Part shown: positions 24,545 through 34,083 of the stretch, in pieces
Layout of the letters: each line of letters starts with the position of its first letter
Numbering within the stretch: the first letter of the stretch is position 1
Source: Candidatus Peregrinibacteria bacterium GW2011_GWF2_38_29
GTDB taxonomy: Bacteria > Patescibacteriota > Gracilibacteria > UBA1369 > UBA12463
NCBI GenBank assembly: GCA_000992695.1
Contig: LBUS01000004.1
Coordinates: 17,454-81,453 of the forward strand
DNA length: 64,000 nt
Direction of reading: 5' to 3'
Translations under genes and position numbers: made by a program
The notes under the pieces: generated by a model
What the model was told of the DNA's origin: nothing
Database searches by the model: none
What the model saw: the letters and a program-made list of their open reading frames with translations, nothing else

Positions 24545-25654
24545 ATGCATTCTAAAAATACCAGAATAGCCATAGTTTGCGATTGGCTAACAAACCGCGG
24601 CGGAGCAGAACGCGTTATTTATGCTATTCATCAAATGTTTCCCGATGCTCCAATATATACGACTCTTTTCAATAAAAACCTTCACGAATTCAAAAATGCA
24701 AAAATCATAACTTCATATTTGCAGAAGATTCCATTCGCATCCAAGCGTCATCAATTTTTCTTACCTTTAATGCCGCAAATATTTGAATCATTTAACTTAG
24801 ATGAATACGATGTTGTCATTTCCAGCTCACACGCATGCGCAAAAGGAATCGTCACAAAACCAAAAACTCTACATATTTGTTATTGTCATTCGCCAATGCG
24901 ATACGTCTGGGATAATGCCAAAACATATATAAAAGAATATGAGATGAACCCAATCCTTAAATGGATAGCAAAACCGTTTTTACATAGAATAAGACTTTGG
25001 GATAAGCTCGCCGCCGCCAGACCGGATCATTACATCTCAAATTCAGAATACATAAAAGAAAAAATAAAAAAATTCTACAAACGCGACTCAGAAGTAATTC
25101 ATCCACCTGTTGATACTCAAAAATTTCAAATAAGCCATGAACCAAAAACATATTATTTAGCAATCGGTCGCTTAACCCCATATAAGAAATTTTCCCTTCT
25201 TTTAGACGTTTTTAACGGATTAAACGAAAAACTAATAATTGTCGGAAAAGGAGTCGAATATAAAAAATTAAAATCAATGGCAAGCAAAAACATAGAATTC
25301 TTGGGACACGTTTCTGAAAGCGAACTTGCAAATCTTTACGCAAACGCAAAAGCTCTCATATTTCCACAAGAAGAAGATTTTGGCATAACTCCGCTTGAAG
25401 CAATGGCTTCAGGAACGCCGGTGATAGCATATAAAGCCGGTGGCGCGCTTGAAACTGTAATCCCGGGCGTGACAGGCATATTTTTCGATAAACAAGATCC
25501 GATTTCAATTGAAGCCGCAATTTATAAATTTGAAAAAATGCACGATAAATTCGATCCGGAAAAAATAAAAAAACACGCAGAAAAATTCTCTATAGAAAAC
25601 TTTGCTGTAAAAATAAGTGACTTCTTAACTCGTCACAACAGCCTGAACGATTGA
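24545..25654 (+). CDS. Glycosyltransferase family 4
   Basis: C-terminal EDFGITPLEAMASGTPVIA motif (the E-x7-E region of GT4). ATG at 24545 is preferred to the TTG at 24521, which lies inside the repeat. Confidence 0.85.
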   Translation: MHSKNTRIAIVCDWLTNRGGAERVIYAIHQMFPDAPIYTTLFNKNLHEFKNAKIITSYLQKIPFASKRHQFFLPLMPQIFESFNLDEYDVVISSSHACAKGIVTKPKTLHICYCHSPMRYVWDNAKTYIKEYEMNPILKWIAKPFLHRIRLWDKLAAARPDHYISNSEYIKEKIKKFYKRDSEVIHPPVDTQKFQISHEPKTYYLAIGRLTPYKKFSLLLDVFNGLNEKLIIVGKGVEYKKLKSMASKNIEFLGHVSESELANLYANAKALIFPQEEDFGITPLEAMASGTPVIAYKAGGALETVIPGVTGIFFDKQDPISIEAAIYKFEKMHDKFDPEKIKKHAEKFSIENFAVKISDFLTRHNSLND

Positions 25655-26083
25655 TACGACCGCAAAAGCGAGAAGCACAACAACAAGCCCCATTATAGCG
25701 TGTGTGATTGTTTTTTTAGCCGCATCTTGCTTTTCCGTAATACCGGCAACCGTCCACTGATAACTTCCAAAAAGAATAAACAAAACGGAAATCAAACCTG
25801 CAATTCCAAGCAAGAATTTAATAAAATATGTAATAAAATAAGGCACCATCCCCATGTGAATTTCACCGGTCTTAATAGCACACGCGATAAGCTCAGGCCC
25901 ATAGTTCTGATCCTTTGCATTTTCATTATCTCTTATATTCTTTCGGCACGTTTCAACGTCTAAAGTTGTACCAGGCAAAATTCCCCATGTAACTTCGGCG
26001 CTCGCGGTCATAGGAACAGCAAAATCAAACAACGAAAACGCAAAAATTGACATTAACACACTAACAAAGATTTTTTTATTCAT
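25625..26083 (-). CDS. TrbC/VirB2-like (T4SS pilin-like) small membrane protein
   Basis: Signal peptide, two Cys in the mature N-terminal part, and two C-terminal TM helices flanking a short loop (..LFGSYQWTVAGITEKQDAAKKTITHAIMGLVVV..). Confidence 0.5.
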   Translation of the reverse strand: MNKKIFVSVLMSIFAFSLFDFAVPMTASAEVTWGILPGTTLDVETCRKNIRDNENAKDQNYGPELIACAIKTGEIHMGMVPYFITYFIKFLLGIAGLISVLFILFGSYQWTVAGITEKQDAAKKTITHAIMGLVVVLLAFAVVSIVQAVVTS

Positions 26084-26140
26084 GTGAGGATTTTAGTTAT
26101 ACTCATTCCATTTTAGCAAATAACAAGCTAGAATGAAAAC

Positions 26141-27454
26141 ATGATTCCGGTAATCGCAATTATAGGCAAGCCAAATACAGGCAAATCAACATTGTTTAAC
26201 CGCTTAATTGGCGCAAGAGTCGCCATTATTTCAAATATAGCGGGAACAACGCGCGATCGCATATATCACTTTGGCACAATTGGCGATTACAAAATATTGC
26301 TGGTTGATACGGGCGGAATCCAATCCGAAGGCAAAGACGACATTGAAGAACAAATAAACACACAAGCCCAAATTGCAATTCAAGAAGCGGATTTAATCAT
26401 ATTCACGATAGATGGCTCGGCTCCGGCAACCTTTGATGATTTTTCCGCAACTGAGCTACTTCGAAAATCAAAAAAAGAAGTAATTTTAGTCGCAAATAAA
26501 GAGGATTCAGGCAAATTCAAAGACAACATATCAGAATATTATAAATTGGGATTTAACGAACCTATAAGAGTTTCGGCGATCAATGGAAGGGGAATACATG
26601 AACTTGAGCAAGAAATCGAAGAAAGGTTCAAATCAAAACACATTGAACCACACAAAGAGCCTGAATCAAGATATGGCATAAGCATAGCAATTATCGGCAA
26701 ACCAAACACCGGCAAATCATCTCTTGTTAATGCGCTTTTGGGCGAAGATAGAATAATAGTTTCCGATGTTTCAGGTACAACTCGCGATTCAATAGACACT
26801 CAAATAAAACGCGGCGATAAAACCTATAACTTGATTGATACCGCAGGAATAAGGCGCAGGGGCAAACAAAAGCATTTCATGGAAAAACTTAGCGTACTTC
26901 GCGGCTTAAAGGCTCTTGAAAGAAGCGAAGTAGCAGTTTTAATAATTGACGGAAATGAAAGAATATCAAACCAAGATTGCCATGTTGCAGGAGAAATAAT
27001 CGAAGATAAAAAAGGGCTCATATTGGCGGTTAATAAATCCGATTTGTTGGATGAAGAAAAACAAGATCGAATACTGCGAGACATACAACGAAAATTCGAC
27101 TTTTTGCCATGGGTTCCAATCATATTCATATCAGCAAAAAAACATACTTATATAGAAAAAATTCTTGATGTAGCAGACCAAATCCACATTGAGCGCAGAA
27201 GAGAAATCCCTCAACAAGAATTGGAATATTTCCTTGAAGACACAATCGTAAATCACTCAGCGGGCATCAGTAATATGCAACAACCGTTCTATTCAATGAA
27301 GCAAACGGATTCAAATCCGCCAACATTCGAAATAGTGATAAAAGATCCAAAAAACTTCAACTTTTCATATAGAAGATATATTGAAAATTCATTCCGCAAA
27401 AAATACGGCTTCACAGGAACCGGCATAAAATTTATATTCAGGAAAAAATCTTAA
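26141..27454 (+). CDS. der: Ribosome-associated GTPase Der/EngA
   Basis: Two tandem GTPase domains (GKPNTGKST twice; DTGG and DTAG) and a KH-like C-terminus. 437 aa. Confidence 0.93.
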   Translation: MIPVIAIIGKPNTGKSTLFNRLIGARVAIISNIAGTTRDRIYHFGTIGDYKILLVDTGGIQSEGKDDIEEQINTQAQIAIQEADLIIFTIDGSAPATFDDFSATELLRKSKKEVILVANKEDSGKFKDNISEYYKLGFNEPIRVSAINGRGIHELEQEIEERFKSKHIEPHKEPESRYGISIAIIGKPNTGKSSLVNALLGEDRIIVSDVSGTTRDSIDTQIKRGDKTYNLIDTAGIRRRGKQKHFMEKLSVLRGLKALERSEVAVLIIDGNERISNQDCHVAGEIIEDKKGLILAVNKSDLLDEEKQDRILRDIQRKFDFLPWVPIIFISAKKHTYIEKILDVADQIHIERRREIPQQELEYFLEDTIVNHSAGISNMQQPFYSMKQTDSNPPTFEIVIKDPKNFNFSYRRYIENSFRKKYGFTGTGIKFIFRKKS

Positions 27455-28373
27455 TCTTTTTCTCCCAAGCCTCGCGAATATATTCACGAATATCATTATC
27501 GTGAAATTTCATAATTTCTTGAGAAATAATAGTTCCGCGCCTATCAGGCAATTTTTCGGCTTTTGCTTCAGCGCGTTTTATCAAAGCTCCGCTCAGTCGC
27601 TTCTCAAGCTTATCTCCAAACTTTCCGCTTAAAATACGAGTTAAAAACCTTTTAATAGCGCGAGAAATAAAGCCACTTTTATGAATCATAGATGCATTTG
27701 AAGTTATTCCGTCCGGAAAATATCTTTTTGTCCAAGTATTTTTTTCAACAAATTCATTGTAAGTTTTTTCGCCAAAAACAGGCGTTAAAGACATTGACCA
27801 AAATGCCAAATAAACATCATAAGGCCTTAACCCAATTTGCTCCATATCAAGATGGTCTTCCGTAACAAAAAAACTCAAACAAAATCTTCCGGCAATTTTA
27901 TTATCATGACGTTTAACTCCAAGTAAATACAAAACCGCAGAAAGCAAAAATCTGGCTATAAAAAGCCTATTTTTCTCAGTTACAACGAATAAATCTATAT
28001 CGCTTTTTTTATTAACATCCATATAAGAAAGGGAATTACAGACAGCAACCATCTTAATAAAAGGAATCATTTTAAAAACCCAAGAATATCTAAAAACCTT
28101 ATTCCAAAGCTTTTGCACATATTTCGCGTTAGATTGCCTTAAATCCGCGATATGTTCACGCCCACGCACAAAATAAAACCCATTTTTTTCAGATAACATC
28201 TTACTGTCTTTCAAGTACATACGAATATGTTGTTCGTCAATTCTCATACCAAGAACGTATTTTGAAATTTCCTCAAATGTAAGCGGAAAATCAAAAAGAT
28301 CAAAAAAAATAATGCTCTTCATTATAGCTTCTCGAATCGTTTTTACATTTGTAGGGAGCAGAAATACATTCAT
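27438..28373 (-). CDS. Hypothetical protein with a nucleotidyltransferase-fold-like core
   Basis: CNSLSYMDVNKKSDIDLFVV resembles the G-S...D-x-D motif of pol-beta-type NTases. Otherwise unrecognised. Confidence 0.4.
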   Translation of the reverse strand: MNVFLLPTNVKTIREAIMKSIIFFDLFDFPLTFEEISKYVLGMRIDEQHIRMYLKDSKMLSEKNGFYFVRGREHIADLRQSNAKYVQKLWNKVFRYSWVFKMIPFIKMVAVCNSLSYMDVNKKSDIDLFVVTEKNRLFIARFLLSAVLYLLGVKRHDNKIAGRFCLSFFVTEDHLDMEQIGLRPYDVYLAFWSMSLTPVFGEKTYNEFVEKNTWTKRYFPDGITSNASMIHKSGFISRAIKRFLTRILSGKFGDKLEKRLSGALIKRAEAKAEKLPDRRGTIISQEIMKFHDNDIREYIREAWEKKIKIFS

Positions 28374-28409
28374 ATGTTAAAATAAATACGGCGATATATT
28401 AGCACTATC

Positions 28410-30716
28410 ATGGAAAAATCAAAAATAAATGGCATTATAAAAACGCTTCCGCATGAGCCGGGTGTTTATAAAATGAAGAATTCCGGCGCCAAAATCATCT
28501 ATATTGGCAAAGCAAAAGACCTCAAAAACCGAGTTTCAAGTTATTTTCAAGAAGATCCTGCGCGAGAACCACGCATAAACAAAATGATTTCCGAAATAGA
28601 AGAAGTTGAATTTATTGTTGTTAAATCTGAAATTGAAGCGCTCTTACTGGAAACAAACCTAATAAAAGAACTTCGCCCAAAATATAATATAAAAATGCGT
28701 GATGATAAAAATTTCATCTATATCCGCATAAATACAAACGAGGATTATCCAAAAATAGCACTTGTAAGAAAAAAACTGAACGACAAAGCAACTTACTTCG
28801 GCCCAAAAACCGCTACATTTAAAGTAAAAAACACATTTCGAACTCTAAAAAAGATTCTTCCGTTCAGACATTGCAATCTGGATATCAAATATATAAGCGG
28901 AACAGGGGAATCAAGCGTAAAAATAGGCAATAAAACAATAAAATATCCTTGCTTGGATTATCACATCGGAAGATGTCAAGGCCCATGCATAGGCAAATGC
29001 ACGCCTGAGCAATACCAAACAAATATTGAAAAAATAATAAAATTCTTTAAAGGAGACACATCTGCGCTTTTTGAAGACTTAAAAAGTGATATGAAAAAAG
29101 CCGCACTTGATCAAAAATTTGAAAAAGCCGCAAAAATTCGCGATAAAATGAAGGATATTGAAGAAATAACAATGCGCCAACATGTTTCAAATTTGCTATT
29201 CGAAGAAGCCGATATAATGAATTACATAATTGATAATGGGAAAATCTACACAAACCTTTTTCAGGTCAGAGAAGGTAAAATTATAGGTCAGGAAAATTTT
29301 ACTTTTGACGCAGATTCAATCAAGCAAAATGAATACGTTTCTCCTGCGGAAATAATAAATTCATTCATAAGATTTTATTATGAACAAGCAACTGAAATTC
29401 CAAAACACATTCTTGTTCCGGAAGAGCCTGAAGATAAAGAAACGATCGAAAAATGGCTTCTAAAAAGCTCAAACTCAAATACATTAAAAATAATTGTTCC
29501 GGAAAAAGGAAATAATAATCGCTTGCTCGAGCTCTCGCTTTTAAACGCAAAACACTTTGCAAATCAATCAAAAGCAAGATGGATGCATGAACAAGGAATT
29601 GATAAAGGACTCGAAGAATTAAAAGAAATTTTACATCTCGATAAATTCCCAAAAAGGATCGAATGCTATGACGTTTCACACATCGGAGGAACTGAAACCG
29701 TTGGAAGCATGATTGTTTTCATTGACGGCATCGCAAACCCAAATCAATATAGAAGATTTAAGCTTGCACAAACGAAACCGAACGATTACGCGTCTATGAA
29801 AGAACTTTTAACGCGCAGACTTGAAAAGCTCGCAAAACAAAATCTACCAAAAGGATTCACACTTAAAAAAGCGGTTAAAAAAGACTCAAAACCGCTATTG
29901 GAAAATATAAAAACAGCAAATTTAATAGTGGGCGAATTCAATTATAAAAATTATTTTGTTATTAAAAAAGGCACAAAAATAGCCGGAATGATCGGACTCA
30001 TTAAAACCAAAGACACTTTTCATACGACAGGACTATTTGTAGATCCAAAATTCCGTGGTCAAAAATTAAGCTACTTTTTACTCTCAAAAGCCATAGAAAC
30101 CGCAAAATCAAAACGAATTTATATAATCTGCAGAAAAGCATTAAAAGAACATTATGAAGAATTTGGATTTGAAGAAATACATCATTTGCCAGAAGACCTG
30201 CACAATCTAAAAGACTGCACAACAAATTGCCCAATAGAAGGTATGATTGCCCTTGTTTATGACAAAAACAAACATACGCCGGACAAATCATTTAATTCAA
30301 AGCCGGACTTGATCTTAATTGACGGAGGAAAGGGGCAGCTGCAAATGGGGATAGATGTTTTAAAAAAGTTTTCACTCAAAATCGGAGTCGCGTCGCTTGC
30401 AAAACAAGAAGAAGAAATTTTCGTGCCATGGCAAAATGACCCAATCCGCCTCGACTTAACATCCGGATCAATTCAAGTTTTACAACGCGCCCGTGACGAA
30501 GCTCACAGATTCGCAATTGAATACATGAAAAATCGTCACGGAAAAATTGCAACAGCATCGGAAATTATTGAAATCCCTGGAATCGGCGAAAAAACCATGC
30601 AAAAACTATTCCGAACATTTGGCTCACTTGAAAATATCAAAAATACTCCAATGGACAAAATCGCAGAAATAGTTGGAAAAAGCTCAGCAATGAAAATCAA
30701 ACAGCACTTTCAATAA
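28410..30716 (+). CDS. uvrC: Excinuclease ABC subunit C with an inserted GNAT-like domain
   Basis: GIY-YIG (GVYKMKN..IIYIGKAKDLKNRV), UVR region, RNase-H-like endonuclease (IECYDVSHIGGTETVGSMIVF .. PDLILIDGGKGQL) and a C-terminal HhH (IPGIGEKT). At 768 aa it is about 150 aa longer than usual. Confidence 0.9.
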   Translation: MEKSKINGIIKTLPHEPGVYKMKNSGAKIIYIGKAKDLKNRVSSYFQEDPAREPRINKMISEIEEVEFIVVKSEIEALLLETNLIKELRPKYNIKMRDDKNFIYIRINTNEDYPKIALVRKKLNDKATYFGPKTATFKVKNTFRTLKKILPFRHCNLDIKYISGTGESSVKIGNKTIKYPCLDYHIGRCQGPCIGKCTPEQYQTNIEKIIKFFKGDTSALFEDLKSDMKKAALDQKFEKAAKIRDKMKDIEEITMRQHVSNLLFEEADIMNYIIDNGKIYTNLFQVREGKIIGQENFTFDADSIKQNEYVSPAEIINSFIRFYYEQATEIPKHILVPEEPEDKETIEKWLLKSSNSNTLKIIVPEKGNNNRLLELSLLNAKHFANQSKARWMHEQGIDKGLEELKEILHLDKFPKRIECYDVSHIGGTETVGSMIVFIDGIANPNQYRRFKLAQTKPNDYASMKELLTRRLEKLAKQNLPKGFTLKKAVKKDSKPLLENIKTANLIVGEFNYKNYFVIKKGTKIAGMIGLIKTKDTFHTTGLFVDPKFRGQKLSYFLLSKAIETAKSKRIYIICRKALKEHYEEFGFEEIHHLPEDLHNLKDCTTNCPIEGMIALVYDKNKHTPDKSFNSKPDLILIDGGKGQLQMGIDVLKKFSLKIGVASLAKQEEEIFVPWQNDPIRLDLTSGSIQVLQRARDEAHRFAIEYMKNRHGKIATASEIIEIPGIGEKTMQKLFRTFGSLENIKNTPMDKIAEIVGKSSAMKIKQHFQ

Positions 30717-31911
30717 GAATCGATTCCATATTTTTTAATGCGTTTTTAATAAACTTTCTAAATGCCGGCTTTTTGGCAACAGCTTCAACTTTTTCAAGAT
30801 TCGCGCTCACAGACGGATGTTTTGGAACAAAAAGCGTACAGCAATCCGCATAAGGCCTTGTTGAAATCTCAAAAGTGCCAATTTTTTTTGCCTCATCAAC
30901 AATTTCCTGCTTATCGCTTCCAATCAAAGGCCTAAGAATCGGAATTTTAGAAGCAGAATCAATAACAAAAATATTATCCAAAGTCTGGCTTGCGACTTGT
31001 CCAAGACTTTCACCTGTAATAATTGCCTTTGCATTTTGATCATCGGCTATCTCTTGAGCAATTTTGACCATAAACCATCTATATAAAACAACTCGCAAAT
31101 CAGGATCAGCAACCATCATAATAGCTTTTTGAATTTCAATGAAAGGAACCAAATTTAGATTGGAACCGGCCTGATATTTTGACAAAATTTTCACGATTTC
31201 TTTTACATTTTCCTGAGAAGAAGCATTTGTATGCGGATAACTATGAAAATGCACAAAAATAACTTTTGCGCCACGTTTCATCATGCGAAATGCCGCAACA
31301 GGGGAATCAATACCGGAAGAAATCATAGAAATAACTCTTCCGGAAGTGGTAACCGGAAGACCGCCAAGTCCAAGTATTTTATCAAAATAAATATAAGCTC
31401 TATTATCGCTTAATATAAGATGACAAGTAATATCCGGATTATCAAACCTCACCTTTAATTTAGGGAATTTATCCAAAATCAATTCACCAAATTTGGCTTC
31501 CATATCAACAGAATCCATAGGAAAATTTTTCTGAATACGTTTAACGCGCACGCAAAAAGTCTTTGGCATATTTTTATTTTTGGAGCGCAATTTAATCTCA
31601 GAAATCATAATTTTAACAATTTCATTCATAACAAATTTCACCCATTTTTGATCCGGAGTTTTTGGATATTTTAACTTCAAAACCTCTTTTATAACGGAAA
31701 AATTAGAAATTCCGGGAATACATTTTAGTTTTTCAATAGCCAATTCGCCATTTTTATCGCCCACCTCCAGCATCATATGGCCATAATAACGCACAACATC
31801 AAAACGCAACTCTTTCATCGCAAGTTTTATATTTTTTTCAAGCTTAGCCTCAAAAACATCCCGATTCCCAAGCTTTAGAACCAATTCTCCATATCGAATA
31901 AAAATGTTCAT
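30697..31911 (-). CDS. thiI: tRNA 4-thiouridine synthase (tRNA sulfurtransferase) ThiI
   Basis: THUMP-type N-terminus and PP-loop SSGIDSPVAAF. The start is set at MNIFIRYGEL (31911), because the longer ORF runs through the tRNA gene. Confidence 0.88.
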   Translation of the reverse strand: MNIFIRYGELVLKLGNRDVFEAKLEKNIKLAMKELRFDVVRYYGHMMLEVGDKNGELAIEKLKCIPGISNFSVIKEVLKLKYPKTPDQKWVKFVMNEIVKIMISEIKLRSKNKNMPKTFCVRVKRIQKNFPMDSVDMEAKFGELILDKFPKLKVRFDNPDITCHLILSDNRAYIYFDKILGLGGLPVTTSGRVISMISSGIDSPVAAFRMMKRGAKVIFVHFHSYPHTNASSQENVKEIVKILSKYQAGSNLNLVPFIEIQKAIMMVADPDLRVVLYRWFMVKIAQEIADDQNAKAIITGESLGQVASQTLDNIFVIDSASKIPILRPLIGSDKQEIVDEAKKIGTFEISTRPYADCCTLFVPKHPSVSANLEKVEAVAKKPAFRKFIKNALKNMESILIESAV

Positions 31912-31917
31912 AATATG

Positions 31918-32003
31918 TGGTGCCGAAGGAGGGACTTGAACCCTCACACCCTTACGAGTACACGATTTTGAGTCGTGCGCGTCTGCCATTCCGCCACTTC
32001 GGC
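31918..32003 (-). tRNA. tRNA-Leu (anticodon CAA), CCA encoded
   Basis: Folded by hand: acceptor GCCGAAG/CTTCGGC, anticodon stem CACGA/TCGTG with loop CTCAAAA, long variable arm, T arm GAGGG-TTCAAGT-CCCTC, and 3' ACCA. Confidence 0.9.
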
Positions 32004-32087
32004 AAATAATTGCGAGAAAGCTCTCTTGCAAATGGTATTTTATATATCCTGAATCTAATATACAATAGATAAGTAACTTCAGACAAA

Positions 32088-33404
32088 ATGTTTTGTGACC
32101 TAAGCAAAATTAGGGTGATAGCTGGAAAAGGCGGCAATGGTGCCGCCACTTTTCATCGTGAGAAGTTTGTCATACATGGCGGACCGGATGGAGGTGATGG
32201 TGGCAGGGGTGGAGATATATATATAATTGCAGATCCAAACGTAAATACACTCACAGATATAAACTCCAGCCCAATATATAGAGCAGAATGCGGCGTAAAC
32301 GGGACTAAGCAGAATTGCAGAGGAGCTGACGGGAAAGACATCACATTAAAGGTCCCAGTCGGCACAATTATAAAAACCATGAAAAATGAAGTAATCGTAG
32401 ATCTAAAAAACGTACACGATAAATTTATGATCGCACGAGGTGGAATCGGAGGAAAAGGCAATATTCACTTTAAATCGAGTGTTCGACAATCTCCAAGTTT
32501 CGCAGAAAAAGGTGAACCCGGTGAAGAAAAAGAAATAGTTCTTGAGGTTAGATTAGTTGCAGATGTCGGTATTATTGGCCTTCCTTCAGCAGGAAAATCA
32601 AGTTTTATCAGTATTATTTCAAACGCAAAACCAAAAATTGCAGATTATCCATTCACAACGCTTTCTCCAAACCTTGGAGTTTGCAATTTAAAAAGCATCA
32701 TAGGAGAACAAAAATCTATCGTGTTTGAAGATATTCCCGGATTAATAGAAGGTGCAAGCCAAGGAAAAGGACTTGGTCACGCATTTTTGCGCCACATAAT
32801 GAGAACGCGCATATTGGTCCACGTTATCGACATTTCATTACCAGATTTAGTTGATGCATACAAAACAATAAACAAAGAACTTGAAATATACGGCTCAGAT
32901 CTTAATAAGAAAAAGCAAGTTGTAGCTTTGAACAAAATCGATCTTATGCCGCTTGAAGATGCGGAAAAAATTGCTAAAGAATTCCACAAAAAAACAAAGG
33001 TTAAACCAATTTTGATATCATGCGCAACAGGACATGGCATTCCGGATCTGATCAAAAATGTATACAAGCTGTACAAAAAATTTATTCAAGAAAAAGCTGA
33101 TGAGCAAGAGAAAAACCCAATATTAGACGAAGAATATAGGTTGTTCAGGCCGGCAGAAGAATCCGACCATTATTTCAGGGTTATACCAAAAGAAGAAACT
33201 GAAAGTGGAACCGTAGAAATTAAAGGACCACGAATTGAACAATTATCACAAATGACTGATTTCGCAAACACAGAAGCGGTTTCAAGGCTTCGTCATTTTC
33301 TCAAAAAAAATGGTATAGAAAAAACATTATCTAAAATGGGAGTAAAAGATGGAGACAAAGTGTTGATTGCCGGAAATTATTTAATTTTCCGAAAAGTATT
33401 ATAA
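32088..33404 (+). CDS. obg: GTPase Obg/CgtA
   Basis: Gly-rich Obg fold (GGNGAATFHREKF..GGPDGGDGGRGG), G domain (GLPSAGKSS) and a C-terminal OCT-like domain. Confidence 0.93.
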   Translation: MFCDLSKIRVIAGKGGNGAATFHREKFVIHGGPDGGDGGRGGDIYIIADPNVNTLTDINSSPIYRAECGVNGTKQNCRGADGKDITLKVPVGTIIKTMKNEVIVDLKNVHDKFMIARGGIGGKGNIHFKSSVRQSPSFAEKGEPGEEKEIVLEVRLVADVGIIGLPSAGKSSFISIISNAKPKIADYPFTTLSPNLGVCNLKSIIGEQKSIVFEDIPGLIEGASQGKGLGHAFLRHIMRTRILVHVIDISLPDLVDAYKTINKELEIYGSDLNKKKQVVALNKIDLMPLEDAEKIAKEFHKKTKVKPILISCATGHGIPDLIKNVYKLYKKFIQEKADEQEKNPILDEEYRLFRPAEESDHYFRVIPKEETESGTVEIKGPRIEQLSQMTDFANTEAVSRLRHFLKKNGIEKTLSKMGVKDGDKVLIAGNYLIFRKVL

Positions 33405-33411
33405 AAATTCT

Positions 33412-34008
33412 ATGAAAATAATAGTCGGACTTGGAAATATTGGCGAAAAATACGAAAAAACACGCCACAACGTTGGATTCATGACGGTAAATGCACTCGC
33501 AGAAAAATTAAAAGCTGATTGGATTTTAAAACCAAAATTTCAAGCATCTTTAGCGGAAGCAACTATTAATTCTGAAAAAGTTCTTCTTGTTAAGCCGACG
33601 ACTTATATGAACCACTCAGGCAACGCAATAGCATCCATAAGCCAATTCTACAAAGTAAGCCCGGAAGATGTAATCACGATTTATGATGATATTGATTTAC
33701 CAATTGGTGCATTCCGCATAAGAAAATCCGGTTCAGCGGGAACTCACAATGGAATGAAATCCATCGTTGCAGCAATCGGAGAAAACTGCCCACGCATTCG
33801 CATAGGTATAAAAAATGACGAACATGCGGAAAAAAACTTATCAGACGTTGTTTTAAGCTCATTTGGAACAAAAGAACGCCCTTTGATTGAACATACAATC
33901 TCAAATGCAATCACGGCAATTGATATAATTTTCGAACAGGGAATAGAAAAAGCTATGAGCTATCCATATTTAGCATTCGTTATCAAAGACGAATTCAAAG
34001 CTAAATAA
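33412..34008 (+). CDS. pth: Peptidyl-tRNA hydrolase
   Basis: IVGLGNIGEKYEKTRHNVGF signature. 198 aa. Confidence 0.92.
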   Translation: MKIIVGLGNIGEKYEKTRHNVGFMTVNALAEKLKADWILKPKFQASLAEATINSEKVLLVKPTTYMNHSGNAIASISQFYKVSPEDVITIYDDIDLPIGAFRIRKSGSAGTHNGMKSIVAAIGENCPRIRIGIKNDEHAEKNLSDVVLSSFGTKERPLIEHTISNAITAIDIIFEQGIEKAMSYPYLAFVIKDEFKAK

Positions 34009-34083
34009 TATTTTCACTTGCGCTCTTAAGCTTTTTTATTTAAAATAAACTGGCTTTTAACACATATTCATAACCAATTTATC

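Noticed and set aside
30697-32031. The 444 aa ORF as called, with an N-terminal extension MQESFLAIICRSGGMADAHDSKSCTRKGVRVQVPPSAPHI.
   Set aside because: The first 40 codons are the translation of the tRNA-Leu gene (31918-32003) read through on the same strand. The ThiI homology starts at MNIFIRYGEL (31911).
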